Shown here one piece after another: positions 34,918 to 46,143 of a DNA stretch of 50,075 nt. The DNA lies in IMG/VR virus record IMGVR_UViG_3300026881_000001, positions 1-50,075 of that record; one strand, 5' to 3'. Position 1 is the first letter of the stretch, and each line of letters opens with the position of its first letter. The translations under genes and the position numbers were made by a program. The stretch is from a virus (lineage: Duplodnaviria; Caudoviricetes). A model generated the notes under the pieces. It made no database searches, had not been told where the DNA came from, and was given only the letters and a program-made list of their open reading frames with translations.

Positions 34918-35964
34918 CTAATTGAATTGTACGCTTGTTAATGTAGATGTTTGAGCATTATTGCTATATACATAAGTGTACGTCTGTGATACACCTTGCG
35001 CATTTGTCACAGTGTAAGTAGTGAACGTAAATGCAGCATCAGAAGGAATAGCATTTACAGTTACATGCGTTACTGTTCCTTTTGTGAAATATGCCAGAAA
35101 CTGCGACCCCGAAGGAGAAATATTTGATAATGACAATGTACCAGTACTACCATTGTTATCCTGCGTTAAGGCAAGTATCTGAGTATTGGTAGGTGTCTGG
35201 CTATTTAAAAAGCCATAATAACGTTTATCATAGATTGAATAGGTTATGGCAGAGCTTGTAACACTCCCGGTATTGATTCTGCCGGTACAGTCTTGGTTAC
35301 CACAATTATCGTTTATACAGGCTCCCTGGGCATACGTTTTAGTGACGGTATAGGTTGTATTCGCTGACAGAGTAATAGCATCTGTATTGCCAGATAAAGC
35401 CAACCCATTTTTATTGTATGTAGTAGTGCCTACAGTACCGGCATTATTTTGTGTAAACGTCGAAGAAAAGGTGAGACTTAAAGAAGTTCCGCGCTCATAG
35501 CTTCCAGCCGCCGGGCTTCCAGTAATACTTGCAGTAGGATTTGTATAGGTAGGGTGGTTACACTTTACGATCGCATCGCTGATTACCTGGTTAGCAGTTT
35601 TGCCCTTTGCCTGGATACTATCACCATCATTATACTTCCCGAAAGTTGTGCCTGTTACTTTAAGATTGGTAGCGAATGTATCAAGGTTATTCCCTCCTAT
35701 TTCTGCCCAGGAACTATCATGAGGGTTAAACCGGTACACTTTTCCGGTAGTGCTATCTGCACTCAAAGCGATTTTACCTAAGTTATACCTGGCAAGGTGA
35801 GGAATGCCATTGAATGTTGGTATCAATAAAGCACTATCAACGGATAGGCCGTTTTGTATAACACCATATCCATTGTTGGGTTTAGTCCAACCGCCCTGCC
35901 CGAAACTGGCATTAAATACTAAAATATTTAGCAGTATAGGCCATATTTTTAGCAAATTTTTCAT
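34918..35964 (-). CDS. Tail-associated beta protein with Sec signal peptide
   Basis: Likely start MKNLLKIWP...NASFG|Q (track start 35997); Thr-rich with Cys cluster. Confidence 0.6.
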   Translation of the reverse strand: MKNLLKIWPILLNILVFNASFGQGGWTKPNNGYGVIQNGLSVDSALLIPTFNGIPHLARYNLGKIALSADSTTGKVYRFNPHDSSWAEIGGNNLDTFATNLKVTGTTFGKYNDGDSIQAKGKTANQVISDAIVKCNHPTYTNPTASITGSPAAGSYERGTSLSLTFSSTFTQNNAGTVGTTTYNKNGLALSGNTDAITLSANTTYTVTKTYAQGACINDNCGNQDCTGRINTGSVTSSAITYSIYDKRYYGFLNSQTPTNTQILALTQDNNGSTGTLSLSNISPSGSQFLAYFTKGTVTHVTVNAIPSDAAFTFTTYTVTNAQGVSQTYTYVYSNNAQTSTLTSVQFN

Positions 35965-36000
35965 ATTTATAAATGTATGATTTTTAGTTAATGCCAATAC

Positions 36001-37431
36001 TTAAATGCGCTCATAGTTATTCACAGCTACGTTTACAGGTCTGGTTTCTGTTGTGCCTGTTTTTGCTGTCCATTGATCTGCTGTAAATTCTTGCATCGAG
36101 CCGTTATTTGTTGCTCCATATACTATTACCTTAGAAGCATTACTTACGGAATATCCTTGATCGCCCTTTATTGTTTTACCATTAAACAATCCTACTCCGT
36201 GATTATGCGGCTTAATATCGTCTAGCTGGTAATCTCCTGCGTTGCCAGTATTATTATTCCTTTCAAATAATCCTCTTGTATCAGGAATTCTATAATATCC
36301 AGCAAAAGCCGGATTACTACTGTTTGCTAAGGAATGCAGGTATCTGTTATTACCGGTTGCCCAATCATCATAATTAACTACCCGAGATGGTGGCAACTGT
36401 AAAACGAATTCATTGTAGTGTCTGGCAAACTGCGTTACATTTAACCCGTTTGCCCCGCCTCCATCTCTTAGCACTTTATTAAAAACCATATCAGAGGTTG
36501 AATACTCTTTAACGGTTTCGCCTACATTCTTGAAATTGCAACTGCCTTCATCTGCTATCCTATATTCATAAACAGAATTCAAAGGATCCCGCACAAACTT
36601 GTAAATAGAAAACGATTCATTGGGGCAACCAAATAATACTATCCTATCAGGCTGCAGGTAGTTTATTACCTGGCCGCCAATAGTTTGAAATTTGACACAT
36701 TTAAACCCAACACCGCCTATTTCAATGGTTAGTTTACGCCCTGCTACAATTGTGGCAAGATCCGGCAATGTTACTTCCATATAAACGCCAGCGGGTTCAA
36801 TGATCAGATGGGTGCCAAAGTCCGCGGGGGTAAGTACTATATTAGTAGTTATTAACTGTATAGGGAAATCATTATTTGTACTAACGCTCCCACCAGTAGT
36901 GTTTGCCTGGGCGTCAAATACTATGTTAAACCATTCATTAGGTTGAAAAGTATCTCCATTTACCAACAAAGCGAACGTACCTGTAGTAATATCATAGGAA
37001 TAATCAAGCCCCCTCTTCATGGTACCTATACCTATCCTTTCCGGGTTAATGTTCCAACCTCTCCAATCAGCTTTACCACCTGTACCATCAAATGTTACAG
37101 AATTGGCACCCGACAAAAACCCGGTTGTTACATCAGCTTCAATCTGCTCCTCAGCTCTTACCAATGTGCCGGCAATGGCATCCGGTACCACATCAAAATT
37201 TGCAAGTAGATCAACTACCTGGCCGAGGGCATTTAATTGCTGAAGCTGGAAATTATAGTTAGTCCTATCTAATCCCGGGAAAGTCCATATCCGGGCGGGG
37301 TGTCCTACATTGCTATCAATGATGCTGGCAACTTCAGCCAAAGGATCAGATCTTTTATACACAACCGCCTTTAACCGATCGGTTATTGTTGGGTATGCAA
37401 TTGTATATATGCTTAAATTAACTGTACTCAT
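36001..37431 (-). CDS. Tail protein with collar-like domain
   Basis: YRIPDTRGLFER, GDYQLDDIKPHNH, ETRPVNVAV tail-collar motifs. Confidence 0.8.
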   Translation of the reverse strand: MSTVNLSIYTIAYPTITDRLKAVVYKRSDPLAEVASIIDSNVGHPARIWTFPGLDRTNYNFQLQQLNALGQVVDLLANFDVVPDAIAGTLVRAEEQIEADVTTGFLSGANSVTFDGTGGKADWRGWNINPERIGIGTMKRGLDYSYDITTGTFALLVNGDTFQPNEWFNIVFDAQANTTGGSVSTNNDFPIQLITTNIVLTPADFGTHLIIEPAGVYMEVTLPDLATIVAGRKLTIEIGGVGFKCVKFQTIGGQVINYLQPDRIVLFGCPNESFSIYKFVRDPLNSVYEYRIADEGSCNFKNVGETVKEYSTSDMVFNKVLRDGGGANGLNVTQFARHYNEFVLQLPPSRVVNYDDWATGNNRYLHSLANSSNPAFAGYYRIPDTRGLFERNNNTGNAGDYQLDDIKPHNHGVGLFNGKTIKGDQGYSVSNASKVIVYGATNNGSMQEFTADQWTAKTGTTETRPVNVAVNNYERI

Positions 37432-37436
37432 ACATT

Positions 37437-40400
37437 TTAGTTATTATCAAGTTCAATATTTATTACGCCGGTAGATATACCAAAGGCAGAAGCATCTACT
37501 ACTAAGGTTACAGAGTTTCGATCTGTAGCGCTTGCGCCTGCGAACGTTGCCCCAAACTCGTTCGTAGCAGGGTTTATATCTAACTGGTAGTAATACATTG
37601 GGTAACCGTCCGTAATATTGGGTTCAAGCTTTGAATCATCAGGCAATACATAAGCAAGCCCTTCAATACTTACCTGGTCAAGCAAAAGCATGTCTTTGAT
37701 TTTCAGGTATAGCCAATCAGGCAGGCCCCTTGCATCGCCTATCAGCAATGTCCTTTTTTGAGAAGGTACGCTATGCAATAACTGGTTATCTCCCACCTCG
37801 TCGGTATTGGTAATGATACTCAGGGATGGTTGCCACTTCATCAGCAATCCTTCAACCCTAATTACACTTTGGAAGCCGGTAGAATAGAAGCATCCGGGAA
37901 GATTTTTAGAATTATATGCCTCTATTAATATTGTATTGGCCCATTTAACAGCCGTTTCAATACGTTCGCTAATTGCCACAGGTGTTGCACCGGTATATAG
38001 AACAAAAAAGTATTGATCTGGGTCATAAGGGCTAAAATCAATAGTTACCTCCTGTACGATATCAGGAACAGGTATAGGAGCATTGGCTACCGGGTTAAAT
38101 GTGAATGTGTCAACAAGTGAAGCATCCAGGCACCTGTACATCTTTAGCGTGATATCAGTTAAGCCATTGGTAACAATCTGCTGTTTGATTACATCACTCG
38201 TTTGCCATTTTTGCAGATAATCCGGGTTTTCTGTCCAACGATCATTGCGGTTATTAAACCAATCGTCAAAAATATCTACCGAATTGTATTTGGCAGGACC
38301 TGTATAATCATACTTTACTAAGTGTAAAGGATTTGTATTTGCGATGTATAAGGCGTTTTTCATGAGCGTTATGAATAAACCGGGGTTAGATAAATTCAAA
38401 AGAGTGGTTAAGCTTGTTCGAGGGCTTAATAGTAATTTCCAGCTTTGCGCCTCATCGGTTATGCTGTTCATGCTCATCGTACCGATAGGAAGGCAGTATA
38501 TATCACTACCCTGGTATCCTATTCTTATTACCCCTCCCCCGTTGAAGTTTTGAAATATTGAATTGAATGTGTCGGGCACCTTTGTTTTAAAAGCCACGTT
38601 AATTGGCAGGAAAAGAGGATTGCCCATATCACTTACATTAACATTGGCGTTTTCTGCTACGGTTACACCATTCAATGATGTTTTTAACTGCACGTTTTTA
38701 TCACCTGCCTGAAAAGCAATTTGGCCTGTAGGCTGTTGAAACAGTATGCTTTTAAAATAGCTATCCCAGGCCCGAAGCATACGCATTGGGCTTAACTTGG
38801 TGTTAAATACTGAGTTATCAGGGACCCCGGTAATCAAATCGTAATTTGGTCGGTCCAGTTTATACCCTACTACATTGATCGATACCACTTCATTTACTAA
38901 AGAGGTACTAATGATTTGGGCGCCATTGGGCAAAAAGAGAATCTGAGGATCTGCCGGGGGCCCAATCGGTACAACCTGGTAGGACCAGTTACCGTTCGGG
39001 TCTGCAGTAGCTGTACCTAAAATAGTGGTGGATATATAGTTTAAGTAAAGACTTACGACTGTACCCGGTATTGCAACGCCTTCAATTAACGGCAGATTAT
39101 TAATGATCGGAAACCCATCGATAAAGGATGTGATCAACGGGAATGCCACATTAGAATCAACAAAAAAGGAGATATTACTACTGGCAGCTCCTGCAGTTGC
39201 TTCTATTGTATGTGTTTGATTGGTAAGCACCGGGGCCTGTATTTGCCACTTGCAAGAACCATCTGCGGTAACATTACCCAAAAGGACGCCATCAATCATA
39301 ATGGCAACTACTGTTCCCTGTTGTGCTACTCCCTTGATAACGGGTTTATTATTATAGAGGCTGTCCCCATTTGTGGGAGATGTAATTAATATGGCAGTCG
39401 TTGAACGTGTATCGATAGTAACCGTAACACTATTAACCTGTGATCCATCGGCTACATGCCCGGCACCATCCGTAAAGGCTACACTGATAACATGTACCCC
39501 TGTATGAACCACTGTAACAGATCCATCAGGATTGACAATTTCAGAATATGGCTGTAACGCTGTCTGTACGTCATAGCTATAATTGCCTAAACTATCAGAA
39601 GTTGTGAAGCCATCAAATAAGTTATCTATCAATACGCCAACCTGGGTATTAGCTGGCGCAATTCCTTTTACAGTGGGCTTATTATATGTTATGTAGTCGC
39701 TTGCAAAAGGTGAGCGTATAAATGGTGCTAAAGGTGAATTATTAATCGTAACCGTAACAAATGTGGGTATCTCAGTAGCGGCACTTTCCGTTTCGTCCGT
39801 TATGTCTACCATGAATACATTGGTATCCCCCAAATTGTCGGTTGTTCCACTGCCTTGCAAATCCAGTCTTATGAATTCGATCCCGTAGCCATCTGTTCTA
39901 TACTTCGTTGTTAGATCGATAGTTTTCTGTACAGTCGTTACAGGTAAAGAAAAACTATTGATAGAATTGAATTCATACCTACCGTTCGGGTGTTGGTAAT
40001 CCTGCTTTGGAGAGCCGACGGTAATGGCATTCCCGATATACTCAGTTGCAGGCGTTAAAATAAAGTCAGAAACCTCCCCTGCGTCCATTATTACATTATC
40101 ACTATTGTATACATCTGTTGCAGGTTCTACCCAAAGCGTCCCGTCAATTATACGCAGCGCCAAAAAGTTTGTAGGATTGAAGCTTTTAAACCAGTCCTCA
40201 AAGCTGGTTTGAATGTAAGCTCCTGGAATATTACGCACGCTATCCCCACTTAGTAGTACTCGCTTATTGTTTATACTGAAATAATTACTTTGAATAGTGT
40301 ACTTACCTTCTGTGGCTTTACTAACAATTCCTTGCAGCAGATCCAAAGGGCGCAGGGCGTACGCTGTTGTTGGCTGCACCTTGGTAGTTGTGGAAACAAA

Positions 40401-41411
40401 AATGTTTGTCTGTACTGGTGTTATTTTGAAATGGTCAATCGTTGAGGCATTCATTTCGCCTATTAAAAATACACTCTCGTTTGCTCCAAGGTTAATGGTA
40501 ATGTCAATGGGTACCTGGTAAGTGTACCCTGGTATTAAACCTCCCTTGCTATTATTCACTATATACCTGCTGGTAGGTAAAGGCAATGTATCCAAGCTGG
40601 TTTGAAACCATATTAACAACCCTGGGTTGTGATTGTTTAGAATCTGCCAGGTAAAGGAAAAGCTACCTTGTATACGTATTGTAGTAGGGTATACAGAAGA
40701 AAACAAATAGTTTGAAGAAGTGGAAGCATACGCCGTAGTACTGCCAAACGATTGAAAGGTTTGACTGTTTGTAATAATACCCGAGCTATCCCCATCCGCA
40801 TTGATATAAACAACCGGAATAGTTATGTTATTGTTATTGGCATCCGTTACCTCCAATGGTGCAGAAACCGATTGAAAATTGTACTTGTTTGGCAATGTGA
40901 TGCCATCAAACAGCACCTTTATTGCCTTTGGATTTGTAGGTGAACAATCGATCTGGTAGGTGGTTGAATCATTGGCAGCAAGAATACTCCACGCACTATC
41001 ATCCAGGGTGGAAATTGTAAACCCAGTTTTAGGATCATCCTGCTTTTTACTAAAATCAATCTTCCCTTTATAAGCCAGTTTGTAACACCCGGCATCACTA
41101 TTCCACTGTACTATGATCAGGTAAACAACCGATTCGTACCCGGTACCTTTGTAATCGCAATACCTTAAAATATCGGCGCCATCTTTTACAAACTTTAAAG
41201 GATAGGTGATGGTCCTGTTAAGGGAAAAATACTTTTGATTTGTTGCAAGCTGCAACGGGCTATTATTGGCATTGGCCGGGTTATAGCGTAATGGCGTAGG
41301 GCTACTATTCTTTTTAACAGTAGGAAAACCTTTGCTATCATACACCACAGAGTATGTACGATTATTCGCATCAGCTAAAAAATAATATACTTGTTTGTTT
41401 GGCCGTCCCAT
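37437..41411 (-). CDS. Large tail tip/hub protein with about three internal Ig-like repeats
   Basis: 1324 aa after tape measure; repeats NKPTVKGIA / NKPVIKGVA / NLPLIEGVA each followed by a (T)ADxxGxW-like motif. Confidence 0.75.
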   Translation of the reverse strand: MGRPNKQVYYFLADANNRTYSVVYDSKGFPTVKKNSSPTPLRYNPANANNSPLQLATNQKYFSLNRTITYPLKFVKDGADILRYCDYKGTGYESVVYLIIVQWNSDAGCYKLAYKGKIDFSKKQDDPKTGFTISTLDDSAWSILAANDSTTYQIDCSPTNPKAIKVLFDGITLPNKYNFQSVSAPLEVTDANNNNITIPVVYINADGDSSGIITNSQTFQSFGSTTAYASTSSNYLFSSVYPTTIRIQGSFSFTWQILNNHNPGLLIWFQTSLDTLPLPTSRYIVNNSKGGLIPGYTYQVPIDITINLGANESVFLIGEMNASTIDHFKITPVQTNIFVSTTTKVQPTTAYALRPLDLLQGIVSKATEGKYTIQSNYFSINNKRVLLSGDSVRNIPGAYIQTSFEDWFKSFNPTNFLALRIIDGTLWVEPATDVYNSDNVIMDAGEVSDFILTPATEYIGNAITVGSPKQDYQHPNGRYEFNSINSFSLPVTTVQKTIDLTTKYRTDGYGIEFIRLDLQGSGTTDNLGDTNVFMVDITDETESAATEIPTFVTVTINNSPLAPFIRSPFASDYITYNKPTVKGIAPANTQVGVLIDNLFDGFTTSDSLGNYSYDVQTALQPYSEIVNPDGSVTVVHTGVHVISVAFTDGAGHVADGSQVNSVTVTIDTRSTTAILITSPTNGDSLYNNKPVIKGVAQQGTVVAIMIDGVLLGNVTADGSCKWQIQAPVLTNQTHTIEATAGAASSNISFFVDSNVAFPLITSFIDGFPIINNLPLIEGVAIPGTVVSLYLNYISTTILGTATADPNGNWSYQVVPIGPPADPQILFLPNGAQIISTSLVNEVVSINVVGYKLDRPNYDLITGVPDNSVFNTKLSPMRMLRAWDSYFKSILFQQPTGQIAFQAGDKNVQLKTSLNGVTVAENANVNVSDMGNPLFLPINVAFKTKVPDTFNSIFQNFNGGGVIRIGYQGSDIYCLPIGTMSMNSITDEAQSWKLLLSPRTSLTTLLNLSNPGLFITLMKNALYIANTNPLHLVKYDYTGPAKYNSVDIFDDWFNNRNDRWTENPDYLQKWQTSDVIKQQIVTNGLTDITLKMYRCLDASLVDTFTFNPVANAPIPVPDIVQEVTIDFSPYDPDQYFFVLYTGATPVAISERIETAVKWANTILIEAYNSKNLPGCFYSTGFQSVIRVEGLLMKWQPSLSIITNTDEVGDNQLLHSVPSQKRTLLIGDARGLPDWLYLKIKDMLLLDQVSIEGLAYVLPDDSKLEPNITDGYPMYYYQLDINPATNEFGATFAGASATDRNSVTLVVDASAFGISTGVINIELDNN

Positions 41412-44400
41412 TAGTTCTTAATCCCAAATATTTTTTCCATTTTATAGGCTTCAAATCCTAAATCGATGGATGTGTGTGTATGAACAATATTTTTTATTTG
41501 CTTGTTGTTGCGCTTCATAGCGGCAGATAATTCGCTTACCATATACCTTGTTTGTTGCCAGCCTTCATTTCGTTGCCTGTTCTCTATACCTTCGGTAACA
41601 GCCATCAGGCCGGAAACATCAGTCATAAGAGAATAACACATGTTTTGAAATGCTTGTTCTACAAGTGGAGTAACGGAAGTGCCTTTTGGTAAATCGAATA
41701 AGCCGGGCTGAGTAGCAATAAATGAGCTGCCGTCTGGCATTGTTACCAGTTCAGGTATTTTATCTTTTCTTTCGCCCACTATTGCCAAACCTCCTGGGTG
41801 ATTATCAGTACCCTGAGCATATGCGGGAATGGGTGTTGCAAATAATGTTGCCAATTCAATGGCCCCCAGAGCCCCTACAGTGGCCGCTAAGGCAAATCCA
41901 ACAGGTCCTGGGAATTCCTTTAGGGTTGCAACTATTGCAGAAGCTGTATCCCAAACAATTTTAGCTGCCGCAAAATCTCTATCTGCCTTTGCTTCATCTG
42001 CTTTTAATTTTTTTTGCTCTTTTGCAGCCGCTTTATCAGCCTCATTCTGTTGTGCCTGTAATTGTATAGTTAAAGCAGCTTTATCTTGAGCGGCTAAAGA
42101 GGAAGCACCAACTGCTGATATTTCTTTACTATATTGTTCATCGGTAGCCTCAATTTGCTTTTGAATCGAATTAATTTTTGCCTCGTATTGACCGTCAATA
42201 AGCTTTTTTGCAAAATCAAACGCTTTTTGTTCTATCTCCTTAACATTCGCTTGTAAAAGCTTTTCGGCTTCTAACCGTTTCTTTAATTGAGCATCCGTTA
42301 ACTGTGAACTATCCTTTCCTAACTTCGATCTAGTTTCAAGAATTTTAGCAGCATTATCTTTTTCAATATCCTGTATAGCCTTTAATTTGGCGGCTGCATT
42401 ATTTATATCATTTTGATCCCCACTAGATTCTGCTGCATATAATTCTGCATCTGCTTCGGCTTTAACCTTTAATAAATCTTGTTCGTGTTGTTGCAATTCA
42501 GATAATTCTTTTTGATCTGCTTCAACTTGTTTACTAAGAACATTTATTGAATAAGCATCATCTAATTTGCTTCTTTCCTGTTGATATCTGGTATAACTGA
42601 TTAGACGTGACGCTAGAGATATATTAAGAGCAGTTACTTGCTTATTATACGTTTCAGTGATTGCAGCGCTATTATTTAATTTGGCATTGGCTTCAATTTC
42701 TTTTGCCGTACGATCACCATAGCTCTTAATAATGTCATAGATTTCTTTCTGTGTGGCATCTGTCAACTGAAGCAATTTCTTGTCTCGTTCCGAAGTAATA
42801 GCTATTATTTCATCCTGAGTTTTACCAGTTTGCTGTGCGATTTGCAACTGATAATTGTAATCATCTTCAATAAGCTTCTTCTGATCGACAATACTTTGTT
42901 GTAGAGCTGCAAACCTTGTCTCTAATTGCTGTTGATCGTCTTTAGAGATAGCTTCATTTTTTGTCTGGTCAGCTTCAATCTCGTTCTTATTAGCGGCAAG
43001 TTGTGCGGTAAGGTTTCTATCATTGTAATCCTGGTTTAATTTATCGATATCATCCAGGAACTTCTTTTTCTTCAGGGTAAGATCATGCTGAACAGCTTCT
43101 AACTGGTCAGCTTCTTCACTATTCTTACCATTATCTTTAATGCTGGTTATTGTGCCCCTCTTAGCTAATTCCTGTATAGCTTCTACATTTTCAGCGGCCA
43201 GTTTTTTTTCTGCATCATAATTTCCCTTCAAAGCCTTTAACCTATCGCTGTATGAGCTATCCTCGGCAGTCAAAATCTGTTCATTAGCAGCTATGGTATT
43301 TTCATACCGGCGCTGGTTCCTATCTGATACAATTTTTGCCAATTGATCAGCAGTATATTTTTCCCTTTCCACCTGTAACTGTGCCAGGTCTTCGTTTGCT
43401 TTAAAACTCTCATCTCTTATTTTCGCGATATCATCAGCGTTCTTTTTGGCACCTTCTGCATCTTTCGATAAGTTTTCAATCCTGGTGGCAATAGCCTTTT
43501 TGGCACTATCATCTTTGTTTTTCGTAGCATCTACCAAAGCGTTTTGCAATCCTATGATCTGAGCGTTATAATTACGATATTTGGCCAGGTAACCGGATTC
43601 TGCCAGATCTAAGGCCTCATATCCTTTCACCCCGGCTTCTGCATATTCTTTTTCTGCCTGAGCTATCTTCTCAGATAATTTAGCGTCTGCCTGTTGCTTC
43701 TGTAAATCGAATATTTTCTTTTGGGCAACAAAAAGCCTTTCCTGGTTTTGTCCTGAAGCTTGTTCAAGGTCCAATTGCTTTTGAGCTTGTTGAAGGCTGT
43801 TTTTATAACGTTCATCAATAAGCTCAATATTCTTCTGAATGATTGCGTTTTGCTCATTAATGATCTTGTTAAGGGCTTCCTGCATTTTAATTGCCTGGGC
43901 ATCAGCAGTAACCCAGTTATAAATTGCCTTGCTTATTGCTACAACGGCAACACCAATGGCAACTATTATTGCACCTATACCGCTTGCTATTAAAGCTTCT
44001 TGCCAGGTAACTGTTGCCACAGTTGCAGCTTCGGCGGCAACGGCGGCTGATCCTTCCGCTACAGCTAATGCTTCGGCAGCTACTGCCGCTTCTTCAGAAG
44101 CTACACTGGCAATCTCATTGGCTTCTGCGTTCTCAATTATAGCTACTGTTTCGGCCTCTGTCGCTACTATAGCAGACGCAGTTAATGCGTTGTAAACGAT
44201 TTTGGCGGCATTTAAAAGCTGTGTCTTTGCAGCTAATGCTAATTGTACAGCACCGCTTTCTGTTTGCAGGGCATTTGCTACCTGCTGTAATCCGGTAGTA
44301 ATGGCAAGCAGGGCCTGCAACTTCTTCATTGATTCCTGCAGGTGTTCATCTTCATCTCCAAATAATTCGATCACACCAGTAGCAGCACTATATGCCCCCG

Positions 44401-45439
44401 CCAATCCGTTAACCGCTTCAATGGCGCCTACCAGAAATTTGTTATCCTTTGATTGAAACTGTGTAGCTGCTTTAATATCCTCTATCTCATTCCGAGCCTC
44501 GCCGACAGCGGTGTTAAAAGCCAAAAACTGTTCGCTTTGTTGCCCTATGGCTAGTCCTAACTGTATGGCTGCTTCCTGGAACGCGCGTGATTCCTGCCGG
44601 GTAGATGAAAATGCCTGTGAGAGATTTTCTAAGAGCTGTACTAACAACTGTTCTTTTCTTATAGCATCATCCCCACCTATTCCATTTGCAAGCTGTTCAC
44701 GCAACTTTGACAATTCTGTTTCTAATACAGAGAATGCTTCTTTGAATGATCCGGCGTAATTACCGATGTTTATTTTCTGTTGGCTTAATGCGTCAGAATT
44801 CGTTTTTATAAATTCATTATTCTGATCTATAGCGGCATTTAATTCTATAAGCCTGTTGCGGCCTTCTTCTGTAGATAGGTTTAAATTATTCCTTTCCGCA
44901 GATAATAATCTTACCTGAGCGCGTGCCTGTGCTATACTATTGCTTTCAGCAGTAAGTAATTGCGCCGTATTCTTTAAATCCTGGTTACGCTGTTGTAATT
45001 GTGCCCTTTCGTTGGCCAATGTTTGTGCCGCTTCTGTAGATGCCGCGTTTACTCTTGCCTGGGTAGTAATTGTTGCTTCCAGAATTCTTGCATGTTCTCT
45101 TTCGGCAGCCGTGGCCTCGTCAACTGTCTTTTTCTTATTTGCATTAGCTGTTGATGAAGCGGCAGCAGCTCTGGCAGCATTTTGTTCTGCGTTAAAGTTT
45201 TCTAATAAGGCTTTGTTAAGGTTTTGAACGGTGGCATTTAATTCATTCATTGCAGCAGTACTCTGCTGTACGTAATTCTTTAGCTCTGTAATCCCGGAAA
45301 TATTAATAGGGCTTACTTTTAACCCATCATAGGCGCGTAATTGATCAAACATATCCTTGTATATGTCAAGGACCTGTTTCTTTTCTGCAGAAAGCTCTTC
45401 TACATTAAAGCCTAATGATATGATGTTTTGTGCAGCCAT
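41411..45439 (-). CDS. Tape measure protein
   Basis: 1342 aa Ala/Gln/Lys-rich helical; QKINIGNY; C-terminal AYAQGT..HPGGLAIVGE. Confidence 0.9.
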   Translation of the reverse strand: MAAQNIISLGFNVEELSAEKKQVLDIYKDMFDQLRAYDGLKVSPINISGITELKNYVQQSTAAMNELNATVQNLNKALLENFNAEQNAARAAAASSTANANKKKTVDEATAAEREHARILEATITTQARVNAASTEAAQTLANERAQLQQRNQDLKNTAQLLTAESNSIAQARAQVRLLSAERNNLNLSTEEGRNRLIELNAAIDQNNEFIKTNSDALSQQKINIGNYAGSFKEAFSVLETELSKLREQLANGIGGDDAIRKEQLLVQLLENLSQAFSSTRQESRAFQEAAIQLGLAIGQQSEQFLAFNTAVGEARNEIEDIKAATQFQSKDNKFLVGAIEAVNGLAGAYSAATGVIELFGDEDEHLQESMKKLQALLAITTGLQQVANALQTESGAVQLALAAKTQLLNAAKIVYNALTASAIVATEAETVAIIENAEANEIASVASEEAAVAAEALAVAEGSAAVAAEAATVATVTWQEALIASGIGAIIVAIGVAVVAISKAIYNWVTADAQAIKMQEALNKIINEQNAIIQKNIELIDERYKNSLQQAQKQLDLEQASGQNQERLFVAQKKIFDLQKQQADAKLSEKIAQAEKEYAEAGVKGYEALDLAESGYLAKYRNYNAQIIGLQNALVDATKNKDDSAKKAIATRIENLSKDAEGAKKNADDIAKIRDESFKANEDLAQLQVEREKYTADQLAKIVSDRNQRRYENTIAANEQILTAEDSSYSDRLKALKGNYDAEKKLAAENVEAIQELAKRGTITSIKDNGKNSEEADQLEAVQHDLTLKKKKFLDDIDKLNQDYNDRNLTAQLAANKNEIEADQTKNEAISKDDQQQLETRFAALQQSIVDQKKLIEDDYNYQLQIAQQTGKTQDEIIAITSERDKKLLQLTDATQKEIYDIIKSYGDRTAKEIEANAKLNNSAAITETYNKQVTALNISLASRLISYTRYQQERSKLDDAYSINVLSKQVEADQKELSELQQHEQDLLKVKAEADAELYAAESSGDQNDINNAAAKLKAIQDIEKDNAAKILETRSKLGKDSSQLTDAQLKKRLEAEKLLQANVKEIEQKAFDFAKKLIDGQYEAKINSIQKQIEATDEQYSKEISAVGASSLAAQDKAALTIQLQAQQNEADKAAAKEQKKLKADEAKADRDFAAAKIVWDTASAIVATLKEFPGPVGFALAATVGALGAIELATLFATPIPAYAQGTDNHPGGLAIVGERKDKIPELVTMPDGSSFIATQPGLFDLPKGTSVTPLVEQAFQNMCYSLMTDVSGLMAVTEGIENRQRNEGWQQTRYMVSELSAAMKRNNKQIKNIVHTHTSIDLGFEAYKMEKIFGIKN

Positions 45440-46143
45440 TATTTCCTGTTTTTTGCCTCAGCGGCTATGCGTTCATTTTCCTTTTTTTGCTCTTTTATCA
45501 TTAGCCCGAATTCTTCTACCGTTGTACTTTCTTTATCAATCCTGTACCCGGCTTTTTGAAGGCCGTTGAGAGTTTTAATAAAAGCATGTCTGGTTTGAAG
45601 CGGGGTGAATTCTTTGCTTGTTTTCCTTGCTTGTAAGTCCCCTAATTCTTTCTCTTTGGCCTTCAACTGTGCCTCATACTTCTTTTCCTTTACCTCTATC
45701 TGGTCCAGTATTTTCAAGAAGGCAGGTACATTACTGGTTGTAGTATCCCAATAAATGGAGTGACCGAATTTTTTAAAGAAAGGGAGGGCTGGTATATATG
45801 GCAATCCGAAATCCCGGATAAAATCCTTTTGTAAGCCAATCGTATATTTGATTGTGCTGATACGGTTATTCAAGTAATATATGTAGGTCATTTTCTCAAA
45901 CTCGGCAGACAGAAATAATTCTGCCAGGTCTGTATACTCTGCGTGGATCAGCTCAAATGCCTGCTTTAGTAATGCTTCATCGTGTTCACCTTCTATAATC
46001 AGTACTTTGTACTTTTCATCAAACCAGGCAGACATAAATTTCCTGATACTACAATCACCGGCTTTGCTGATTATAGTATCAGGAAACAATATTTTATTTT
46101 GAGGTGTACTAAGCATTTTATTTGGGTCATTGATTGATAACAA
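45439..46143 (-). CDS. Putative tail assembly chaperone
   Basis: 234 aa immediately upstream of and coupled to TMP; synteny only. Confidence 0.45.
   Translation of the reverse strand: MLSINDPNKMLSTPQNKILFPDTIISKAGDCSIRKFMSAWFDEKYKVLIIEGEHDEALLKQAFELIHAEYTDLAELFLSAEFEKMTYIYYLNNRISTIKYTIGLQKDFIRDFGLPYIPALPFFKKFGHSIYWDTTTSNVPAFLKILDQIEVKEKKYEAQLKAKEKELGDLQARKTSKEFTPLQTRHAFIKTLNGLQKAGYRIDKESTTVEEFGLMIKEQKKENERIAAEAKNRK

Noticed and set aside
32559-41411. Tail fibre or hub genes as DGR targets
   Set aside because: No CGTCTTGTCTTC or GTTAGTTCCC anchors seen in these genes by eye; a BLAST of the TR would confirm
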